14,808 nucleotides of DNA from Octopus sinensis (GCF_006345805.1 NW_021825687.1:1-14808), one strand, 5' to 3'; counted from the first letter of the stretch, positions 1 through 8,344 are shown. Notes: generated by a model from the letters alone, not told the origin. A program made the numbers and translations.

Positions 1-255
1 GTCGTATGTATGTATATATATAGATATATATAATGCATGCATGTGTATTTTGTGTGTCTGTCTTTGCCCCTCCCCGCTCCCACAACATCGCTTGACAACC
101 GATCCTGGTGTGTTTACGTCTATGGAGAGACTGATAGAATAAGTACTAGGCTTACAAAAAATAAGTCCTGGCGTTAATTTGCTCAACTAAATGTTGTTAC
201 TCCAGCATGGCCGCAGTTAAATGACTGAAACAAGTAAAAGAGTGAAAGTGAGAGT
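1..255 (+). mobile_element. 3' half of tRNA/CORE-type SINE (same family as 5068-5530), 5' part outside window
   Basis: Starts with gtcgta + (TA)/(TG) tract, then caacatcgcttgacaaccgat..ggtgtgtttacgtc..gatagaataagtactaggcttacaa..ctccagcatggccgcag, matching 5347-5524; ends in an (AAGAGT)-like tail. Confidence 0.85.
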
Positions 256-425
256 AAAGAGATAAAGTTGAAAGATTAAAGAATAATGACTTACAAATAA
301 ACATGATCAGCAATAAACTCGTTCCAAACCTATCCATGACCTGAAATAGGAAAAATACCCAGGGGTTTAGGAATTGTATATTTTACAGTCATATATTTAT
401 GAGACGAGGAATTAGATACATTATT

Positions 426-518
426 TATAGATATTTTCATCTAATTTGGATTCTTTGCCATTAAATTTGAATTTAAATTTGATGGCAAAGAATCCAAACT
501 ACATCGAAAATATCTATA
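426..518. repeat. ~93 bp imperfect palindrome with no spacer
   Basis: tatagatattttc (426-438) = revcomp of 506-518; tttggattctttgccat (445-461) = revcomp of 482-498; symmetry centre 471/472. Confidence 0.92.
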
Positions 519-600
519 CATACATATAAAACATTTTATGCTTTACATGCAAAATATCTAAAAATGACAATAATTATTAAAATATATAACATACAGGAAT

Positions 601-737
601 AGAAATTGGGAAACAGCCGTTTCAGCCAAGAGCCAAAAATACCTCATTCTACCTTTATCCTTCCAGTAGACTGAAATAATTAGTAGATGAAATTGAGGTA
701 CTTGGGTGTTTCTCTAGGCTTCGTCAGAGATTTTCTG
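601..737 (-). ncRNA. Type I hammerhead-ribozyme-like motif with extended stem II, stem I degenerate
   Basis: Minus strand: CUGACGA (727-721), stem II agcc(u)agag/cucu(u)ggcu plus inner uaccuca/ugaggua and ucuac/guaga, GAAA (623-620), self-complementary ACGGCUGU, GUU triplet (614-612). Proximal stem I does not pair. Confidence 0.4.
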
Positions 738-763
738 TTATTATTATTATTATTATTATTATT
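738..763. repeat. (ATT)n microsatellite
   Basis: Direct reading. Confidence 0.95.
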
Positions 764-957
764 GGCGAAATGCGTAGCTGTATTTCGTCTGTCGTTAGTG
801 TTCCGAGTTCAAATTCCGCCGAGGTTGACTTTGCCTTTTACCCTTTTGGGGTCGATAAATTAAGTACCAGTTACGCACTGGGGTCGATGTAATCAACTTA
901 ATCCGTTTGTCTGTCTTTGTTTGTCCCCTCTGTGTTTAACCCCTTGTGGGTAGTAAA
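764..957 (+). mobile_element. 5'-truncated tRNA-derived SINE with Meta/Sauria-type central domain
   Basis: B-box-like gagttcaaattcc, followed by gaggttgactttgccttttacccttttggggtcgataaattaagtaccag, which resembles the MetaSINE/Sauria-SINE core; flanked both sides by (ATT)n. Confidence 0.75.
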
Positions 958-960
958 TAA

Positions 961-986
961 TTATATTTTTATTATTATTATTATCA

Positions 987-1042
<56 letters not shown>
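961..1042. repeat. (ATT)n microsatellite
   Basis: Direct reading. Confidence 0.95.
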
Positions 1043-1600
1043 GAGTGAGAGAGCAGTTCATGCCATCAAAGTGACACTGGGGTAAAATATACGAAGCCCA
1101 ATATACCCATCATGACTACCCGTCTGATAAGGGTACACCAGGCACATGCATCACAACCATATGTGCGCGACATGGTGATCTCATATCAAGATAAAGAGCA
1201 CATGACCTTGCAGGTGTGGCCCAGTAAGAATTTTCGTCAGGTTGAGTAGCCCATCCCGCTCAAAAGGTCCCTGAATAAGAGTTGTTTAAGGATGTTGAAA
1301 GAACCACCCAAGTTTCCAGAGGCGAATTATTTAAACCCCAAAGAATCCCCCTCAACACATGGCTATGATGCTCCCCCACTACTTCTGCTCGTGATCAGAG
1401 ATGCACATATCGTCAGCCACTAAGGGACAGGCTCAACTGGTTACGGTCAAACAACTGATAAGTAAATCTGTGGTATTGAGCAGAATATTTGCTGTAGCCC
1501 ATCTTTTATACCAAGACAAAACAATGTACATGATAACACTTCCAATCAGTTAAGATCAGAAGCCATGAGAGCCACTGCCTGGTACTGCATCAGGGCATTT
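1043..1600. mobile_element. ~555 bp non-coding interspersed element, copy 1 (strand uncertain, probably minus with (AAT)n tail)
   Basis: Begins gagtgagagagcag, ends ctggtactgcatcagggcattt; near-identical to 2039-2591 and 2748-3303 with the same boundaries. Confidence 0.85.
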
Positions 1601-1691
1601 TGAGCAGAATATTTGCTGTAGCCCATCTTTTATACCAAGACAAAACAATGTACATGATAACACTTCCAATCAGTTAAGATCAGAAGCCATG
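1601..1691. repeat. Duplication of a subterminal ~90 bp of copy 1
   Basis: tgagcagaat...cagaagccatg repeats 1477-1567 essentially exactly. Confidence 0.92.
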
Positions 1692-1782
1692 ATTATTTTA
1701 TTATATTATTATTATTATTATTATTTTATTATTTATTATTATCATCATCATCATTATTATCATCATTATCATCATTATCATT

Positions 1783-1826
<44 letters not shown>

Positions 1827-1856
1827 TATTATTATTATTATTATTGTTGTTGTTAC

Positions 1857-1896
<40 letters not shown>

Positions 1897-2007
1897 GTTG
1901 TTGTTGTTGTTGTTGTTATTCATTATTATTATTATTATTATTATTTTATTATTATTATTATTATTATTATTTTATTATTATTATTTTATTATTATTATAT
2001 ATTATTA

Positions 2008-2038
<31 letters not shown>
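1692..2038. repeat. Compound (ATT)/(ATC)/(GTT)n microsatellite
   Basis: Direct reading; source of the poly-Y/H/L/N ORFs. Confidence 0.95.
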
Positions 2039-2587
2039 GAGTGAGGAGAGCAGTGCATGCCATCAAAGTGATACTGGGGTAAAATATACGAAGCCCAATA
2101 TACCCATCATGACTACGCGTCTGATAAGGGTACACTAGGCACATGCATCACAACCATATGTGCGCGACATGGTGATCTCATATCAAGATATACAGCACAT
2201 GACCTTGCAGGTGGGGCCCAGTAAGAATTTTCTTCAGGTTGAGTAGCCCATCCCGCTCAAAAGGTCCCTGAATAAGGTTGTTAAGGATGTTGAAAGAACC
2301 ACCCATGTTTCCAGAGGTGAATTATTCAAACCCCAAAGAATCCCTCTCAACACATGGCTATGATGCTCCCCCACTACTTCTGCTCGTGATCAGAGATGCA
2401 CATATCGTCAGCCACTAAGGGACATGCTCAACTGGTTACGGTCAAACACTGACAAGCAAATCTGTGGTTGAGCAAATATTTGCTGTAGCCCATCTTTTAT
2501 ACCAAGACAAAACAATGTACATGATAACACTTCCAATCAGTTAAGATCAGAAGCCATGAGAGCCACTGCCTGGTACTGCATCAGGAC

Positions 2588-2591
<4 letters not shown>
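2039..2591. mobile_element. ~555 bp non-coding element, copy 2
   Basis: Same termini and body as copy 1; (ATT)n on both sides. Confidence 0.85.
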
Positions 2592-2647
<56 letters not shown>

Positions 2648-2705
2648 CTCATTATTATTATTATTAATATTATTATTATTATTATTATTATTATCATTAT
2701 TATTA

Positions 2706-2743
<38 letters not shown>

Positions 2744-2747
2744 TATT
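2592..2747. repeat. (ATT)n microsatellite
   Basis: Direct reading. Confidence 0.95.
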
Positions 2748-3303
2748 GAGTGAGAGAGCAGTGCATGCCATCAAAGTGACACTGGGGTAAAATATACGAA
2801 GCCCAATATACCCATCATGACTACCCGTCTGATAAGGGTACACTAGGCACATGCATCACAACCATATGTGCGCATCATGGTGATCTCATATCAAAATAAA
2901 CAGCGCATGACCTTGCAGGTGGGACCCAGTTAGAATTTACATCTGGTCGAGTAGCCAATCCCGCTCAAAGATCCCTGAATAAGAGTTGTTTAAGGATGTT
3001 GAAAGAACCACCCATTTTTCCAGAGGTGAATTATCCAAACCCCAAAGAATCCCTCTCAACACATGGCTATGATTCTCCCCCAACTACTTCTTGCTCGTGA
3101 TCAGAGATGCACATATCGTCAGCCACTAAGGGACATGCTCACTGGTAAGGTCAAACAACTGACAAGCAAATCTGTGGTATTGAGCAGAATATTTGCTGTA
3201 GCCCATCTTTTATACCAAGACAAAACAATGTACATGATAACCTTCCAATCAGTTAAGATCAGAAGCCATGAGAGCCCCTGCCTGGTACTGCATCAGGGCA
3301 TTT
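2748..3303. mobile_element. ~555 bp non-coding element, copy 3
   Basis: Same termini and body as copies 1 and 2; (ATT)n on both sides. Confidence 0.85.
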
Positions 3304-3304
3304 A

Positions 3305-3349
<45 letters not shown>

Positions 3350-3453
3350 CATTATCATCATCATCCTCCTCCTCATCATCATCATTATTAACATTACATT
3401 TTATTATTATTATAAAAGATAATTATAATTATAATTTATTTATTATTAGTATG

Positions 3454-3518
<65 letters not shown>

Positions 3519-3702
3519 CATCATCATTATCATTAGCATCATCAACATCATCATTATTATTAACATTAACATTATTATTATTATAATAATTATAATTATA
3601 ATAATTATTATTATTCTTATTATTATTATTATTATTATTATTATTAGTATTATTTTTATTATAATTATAATTATAATTATTATTTTATTATTATTTATTA
3701 TA

Positions 3703-3730
<28 letters not shown>
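3304..3730. repeat. Degenerate (ATT)/(ATC)n microsatellite
   Basis: Direct reading. Confidence 0.95.
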
Positions 3731-3734
<4 letters not shown>

Positions 3735-3810
3735 TCCGCTGTCTGGAATTGAACTCAGAAAATTGATGTTAGTAGCCCACGCTCTTAACCACTACACCAT
3801 AAGCTTTGTG
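3731..3810 (-). mobile_element. tRNA-derived SINE head (Pol III A and B boxes) reading into (AAT)n
   Basis: Minus strand: atggtgtagtggttaagagc (A box), gggctactaa (anticodon-arm-like), gagttcaattcc (B box); no closed acceptor stem, so not a tRNA gene. Confidence 0.8.
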
Positions 3811-3827
3811 TTAAATATTTATCTATA

Positions 3828-3955
3828 GGCAAGGTTGTGTGGAAAGAAGGTTACATCACAGCCCCATGGTTTTAGATTAAAGCCCTGCGTGAGATCTTCG
3901 TCAAGTCTCTTCTACTACGGCCCCGGTGAGACTACAACTTTGTGAGTGAATTTGT
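3828..3955 (+). mobile_element. Highly decayed 5' half of tRNA/CORE-type SINE
   Basis: gtgtgg..catggtt..ctgcgtg..caagtctcttctacta..ttgtgagtgaatttg aligns in order with 5068-5200. Confidence 0.65.
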
Positions 3956-3969
3956 GGTGAGGTTTGTAA

Positions 3970-4871
3970 GCTGTGCTTGAGAAAACCCGGCAAGCCAATT
4001 GAGACCATAAGCTCGTGGCCTATGCCAGGGGTGTAACGAGTCCACTTATGCGTACCTTTACTTCGTTGGACACTAAACTCTGCGCTGGTATGGTCATGTG
4101 GCGAGAATGGATGAGGATAGCTGTGTGAAAAAGTGACAGACCCTAGCAGTTGATGGAACCTGTGGAAGAGGTAGACTCAGGAAGACCTGGAATGAAGTGG
4201 TGAAGCACGACCTTGGAACATTAGGCCTAACCGAGGCAAACATTAGTGACCGAGACCTTTAGAAATATGCTGTGCTTGAGAAGACTCTGAAAGCCAAGTG
4301 AGACCATAACATCATGGCCTATGCCAGGGGTGTAACCAGCCCACTTATGCGTAGCTTTCCTTCATTGGACACAAAACTCTGCTTGCAAAGACCTGTTGAG
4401 GCAAGTGAAACTGAAATCAAATTCCATGACTGGCATCTGTGCTAGTGGAGCGCTAAGAGCACCATCCGAGCCTGATCATTGCCAGAGCAACAAACTGGCT
4501 TCCATGCCGGTGGCACGTAAAAAGCACCATTCGAGCATGATCGTTACCAGCGTCGCCTTACTGGCACATTAAAAAAACATTCGAGCGAGGTCATTGCCAG
4601 AGCCGCTGGACTGGCTCCTGTGCTGGTAGCACATAAAAAACACCATTTGAGCATGGTTGTTTCCAGTACCGCCTGACTGGCCCTCATGCCGGTGGCATGT
4701 AAAAACACTCACTACACACTCGGAGTGGTTGGCGTTAGGAAGAGCATCCAGCTGTAGAAACTCTACCAGATCAGATTGGAGTCTGGCACAGCCATCTGGT
4801 TCGCCAGTCCTCAGTCAAATCGTCCAACCCATGAAAGCAGACGTTAGACGATGATGATGATGAAGATGATG
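3970..4871 (+). mobile_element. RTE-clade LINE 3' end (ORF2 C-terminus, repeat-containing 3' UTR, (GAT)n tail) preceded by a duplicated segment
   Basis: RWYGHV..RGR.RKTW motif; 3970-4083 duplicates 4269-4382; (GAT)n tail 4850-4871. Confidence 0.88.
4080..4301 (+). pseudogene. RTE-clade ORF2 C-terminal remnant
   Basis: LRWYGHVARMDEDSCVKK*QTLAVDGTCGRGRLRKTWNEVVKHDLGTLGLTEANISDRDL*KYAVLEKTLKAK*; two in-frame stops. Confidence 0.88.
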
Positions 4872-5067
4872 TCTCTATTTGATCCCCACACCATCACTTG
4901 ATAACCGATATTTGTGTGTTTACGTTCTCATAACCTAGCGATTGGGCAACATACAGAGAGAGAGCATAATTACTAAGCTTAAAAAGAGTAAGTCTGGGAG
5001 TCAATATCTTAGAATGAAACCCTGTCAGGTGGGGCTCAAGAAAGGCTGCTGTCCAATGACTGAAACA
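4872..5067 (+). mobile_element. Decayed 3' half of tRNA/CORE-type SINE
   Basis: catcacttgataaccgat..gtgtgtttacgt..taacctagcg..aatgactgaaaca aligns with 86-232; may be the other half of 3828-3955, split by the RTE. Confidence 0.7.
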
Positions 5068-5252
5068 GGTGCAGGAGTGGCTGTGTGGTCATTAGCTTGC
5101 TTACCAACCACATGGTTCTGGTTCAGTCTCACTGCGTGGCAACTTGGGCAAGTGTCTTCTACTATAGCCACGGGCCGACCAAGCCTTGTGAGTGGATTTG
5201 TCGACGGAAAATGAAAGAAGCCCGTTGTATATATGCATATGTGTATATATAC

Positions 5253-5349
<97 letters not shown>

Positions 5350-5530
5350 TATGTTTGCCCCCCCTACCCCTCGCAACATCGCTTGTCAATCGATGCTGGT
5401 GTGTTTGCATCCCCGTAACATACCAGTTCGGCAAAAGAGACCGATAGAATAAGTACTAGGCTTACAAACAATAGGTCCTGGGGTAGATTTGCTCAACCAA
5501 AGGCGGTGCTCCAGCATGGCCGCAAACAAA
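5068..5530 (+). mobile_element. Near full-length tRNA/CORE-type SINE with internal (TA)n
   Basis: A box gtggctgtgtgg, B box ggttcagtctc, CORE-like cttgggcaagtgtcttc, (TA)n 5229-5346, 3' half as in 1-255. Confidence 0.88.
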
Positions 5531-5559
5531 ATCAATGAAAATATTTAACAAAAACATGT

Positions 5560-5633
5560 TTAAATGATGGCCTGACCGACTTCCAAGCAAAGTCGAAGCA
5601 GTAATTGAAGTAGATGGTTAATTTGCTCCGGAT
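5560..5633 (+). pseudogene. mariner transposase C-terminal fragment (family A)
   Basis: From 5574: DRLPSKVEAVIEVDG*FAPD, fitting the mariner terminal pattern LPxRWxxV(I/V)xxxGxY. Confidence 0.6.
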
Positions 5634-5634
5634 C

Positions 5635-5798
5635 ACGGCAAAGATGGACGCCATTTGCTTCTGAGCGAACCCCACATCATGGAAGAAAGTTGTGGAAGGA
5701 AATAGCTATGAAATTTTCAGAGACAGATATTGTTCTGTTCGTGAATGCTTCGAATATTGTTCTGTCACTGCTTCAAATTTGCTTTGTATTCCAGAGTC
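5635..5798 (+). repeat. Unclassified interspersed repeat fragment with inverted partner at 7429-7488
   Basis: tgtggaaggaaatagctatgaaattttcagagaca..tattgttctgtt (5691-5740) is the reverse complement, with a few mismatches, of 7439-7487. Confidence 0.7.
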
Positions 5799-7155
5799 CA
5801 TGCACGACAGAGTGTAAGCACCCTGAGAGTAGTGTTGGGCATAAGAAGCATAGGATGCAGCGTGCAGGAGAGACGTTTGCGTTGGTATGGTCATGTACTA
5901 TGGATGGATGAGGAGAGATGTGTAAAGAAGTGCCATTCCCAAACAGTGAAAGGAAGACATGGGATGAGTAGGTGAAGCATGACCCTCGAACGTTGGGCCT
6001 CACTGAGGCAATGACGAAATGCCGAGAGCTCTGGAGATATGCTGTGTCAGCTAAAGATATGCGTAGGTTCAAATGAAATGAAGCTAGCATGATCCGCTGG
6101 ATGTGTAATATCAGTGTGCACACACGACAGTTGAAGGAATCCGGGGTAGAAGTAGACTCAGGAGGACATGGGATGAGGTGGTCAAGCATGACCTTCGAAC
6201 GTTAGGCCTCACAGAGACTATGACGAAAGACCGAGACCTCTGGAGATATGCTGTGACTGCTGAAGATATGCGTAGGGTCGAAAGAAATGAAGCTAGCATG
6301 ATTCGCTGGATGTGTAATGTCTGCGTGTACACACGACAGAGTGTAAGTGCCCTGAGAGAAATACTGGACATAAGAAGCATCAGATGTGGCGTGCAAGAGA
6401 GATGTTTGCGCTGGTATGGTCATGTACTATGGATGGATGAGGAGACCATTGGAGATATGCTGTGACTTCGAAGACCCGACAAATGAAGTGAGTTCATATT
6501 GTAGTTGTGATACCCGTGCCAGTGGCACGTAGGGTCGCACAGAAGAAATGACGAAGACCGAGACCACTGAGATATGCTGTGACTGCGAAGACCCGACAAA
6601 TGAAGTGAGTTCATGTCTCGCAGGACGGCCTGCTGTGCTAATCTTAGATTGTAGAGTAACCCGCTGTTCTTGAGGAGACCTATTGAGTCAAGAACGTTAA
6701 CACCAACATCAAAATGAAAATCAAATGGAAATTGTAGTTAAGATACCCGCGCCGGTGACACGTTAAAAGCACCATCCGAACGTAGCAGATGCCAGCGCCG
6801 CCTGACTGGCGTCCGTGTCGGTGACATGTAAAAGCACCAACCGATCGTGGTCATATATATATACATATATATATATAGTGCCGCCTTGACTGGCTTCCGT
6901 GCCAGTGGCACGTAAAAAGCACCAACCGATCGTGGCTGTTTGCCAGCCTCCTCTGGCCTCTGTGCCGGTGGCACATAAAAGCACCCACCAAACTCACGAA
7001 GTGGTTGGCATTAGGAAGGGCATCCAGCTGTAGATACACTGCCAGTTCAGACTGGATCCTGGTGCAGCCTCCTGGCTTCCCAGACCCTGGTCGAACCGTC
7101 CAACCAATGCTAGCGTGGAAAACGGACGTTAAACGATGATGATGATGATGATGAT
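5799..7155 (+). mobile_element. Scrambled concatemer of RTE-clade LINE 3' regions ending in 3' UTR and (GAT)n tail
   Basis: ORF track 5745 and 6178 give RRLRWYGHV, EASMIRWMC, HDLRTLGL..DRDLWRY; segments repeated 2-4 times; (GAT)n 7135-7155. Confidence 0.9.
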
Positions 7156-7290
7156 ATATATATATATAGCGCCGCCTTAACTGACTTCCGTGCCAGTGGC
7201 ACATAAAAAGTACCAACCGATCGTGGCCGTTTGCCAGCCTCCTCTGGCCCCTGTGCCGGTAACACGTAAAAGCACCCATGATGATGATCA
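7156..7290 (+). repeat. Duplicate of (TA)n + RTE 3' UTR segment 6866-6987
   Basis: tatatatag(c/t)gccgcctt...aaaagcaccca present at both places with the same (TA)n junction. Confidence 0.88.
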
Positions 7291-7300
7291 TCATCATCAT

Positions 7301-7404
7301 ACCGCGATTAGAAGATGTTTTTGTTAAGTATTGTCATTGTTTTTTTTTTAAATAGAATTTGATTTGAATAACAAAAGCCGCAATAATTAAGTACCGATGC
7401 AATA
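7301..7404 (+). mobile_element. mariner right end with TIR and TA (family A)
   Basis: aaaagccgcaataattaagtaccgatgcaa-TA (7373-7404) resembles a mariner TIR and matches 8430-8461 at 23/32 positions. Confidence 0.6.
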
Positions 7405-7438
7405 TTTAGTCAGTTTCCAAGACGGATTTTCACGCGTT

Positions 7439-8150
7439 AACAAAACAATACATGTCTCTAAAAATTTCATAGCTGTTTCCTTCCACATTGTTTGACATCC
7501 ATTTTCCATGCTAGCATCTGTTGGTCAGTTTGACTGGGTTCTGGGAAGTCAAGAGGCTGACCCAGGCCCCAATCTGATCTGGCAGAATTTGTGAACAAAA
7601 CAATACTTGTCTCTGAAAATTTCATAGCTGTTCCCGTCCACATTGTTTAAAATCATTGTTTAACATCCATTTTCCATGCTGGCATCTGTTGGACAGTTCG
7701 ACTGGGATCAGGGAAGCCAAGAGGCTGTCCTAGGCCCCAATCTGATCTGGATGTTTCGACTGGGATCTGGGAACCCAAGAGGCTGACCCAGGCCCCAATC
7801 TGATCTGGCAGAATTTGTGAACAAAACAATACTTGTCTATGAAAATTTCATAGCTGTTCCCGTCCACATTGTTTAAAATCGTTTAACATCCATTTTCCAT
7901 ACTGGCATGTGTTGGACAGTTCGACTGGGATCTTGGAAGCCAAGTGGCTGTCCCTGGCCCCAATCTGATCTGGATGTTTCGACTGGGATCTGGGAAGCCA
8001 AGAGGCTGCCCCAGGCCCTAATCTGATCTGGAGGGTTCGACTAGGATCAGGGAGGGCAAGAGGTGCCCTTGGCCCCAATCTGATCTGGCAGAATTTCTAC
8101 AGCTGTATGCCCTTCATAACGCCAACCACTCAGTGAATGAAGTAGGTGCT
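7439..8150 (-). repeat. Chimeric tandem repeat: unclassified repeat arm + minus-strand RTE 3' end, three units with a 58 bp sub-repeat
   Basis: Units start 7439, 7594, 7820; sub-repeat ttcgactggg..aatctgatctgg at ~7530; 7697, 7755; 7920, 7978, 8036; continues into revcomp of RTE UTR (ttctacagctg..aacgccaaccactc). Confidence 0.9.
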
Positions 8151-8186
8151 ACACACACATACACACACATACACACACACACATAC

Positions 8187-8227
<41 letters not shown>
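8151..8227. repeat. (CA)n/(TA)n microsatellite
   Basis: Direct reading. Confidence 0.95.
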
Positions 8228-8344
8228 TCATCATGTTTAACGCTCGTTTTCCATGCTAGCATGGGTTCGACTGTTCGACAGGTATCTAGGAACCCAGGAT
8301 GCTGCACCAGGCTCCAGTCTGATGTGACAGTGTTTCTACAGCTG
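8228..8344 (-). mobile_element. RTE-clade LINE extreme 3' end
   Basis: tcatcatgtttaacg..ttttccatgctagcatgggtt..gctgcaccagg..tctacagctg is revcomp of 7025-7140. Confidence 0.85.

Noticed and set aside
1545-1597. Resemblance of atcagttaagatcaga and cctggtactgca to U2 snRNA segments
   Set aside because: Short matches, spacing far shorter than in U2, no branch-recognition sequence or Sm site; likely chance (cmsearch RF00004 would settle it)
1043-1600. 555 bp element as Helitron, MITE or solo LTR
   Set aside because: No TC..CTRR ends, no TIRs, no TG..CA termini
3731-3810. tRNA gene on minus strand
   Set aside because: A/B boxes present but acceptor and anticodon stems do not close; SINE head
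1689-3828. Poly-Y/H/L/I/N ORFs in the track
   Set aside because: Translations of stop-free frames of trinucleotide microsatellites
5085-5452. YIYI-repeat ORFs on both strands
   Set aside because: (TA)n translation inside a SINE
6942-6990. gccagcctcctctggc resembles the HDV ribozyme P3/L3 region
   Set aside because: L3 lacks the conserved G, and no P4, catalytic-C J4/2 or P2 closure could be built; a simple gccag/ctggc hairpin explains it
7439-8096. CRISPR-like repeat/spacer appearance (also 4435-4710)
   Set aside because: Intervening sequences are themselves repeated and LINE-derived; eukaryotic context, no cas genes
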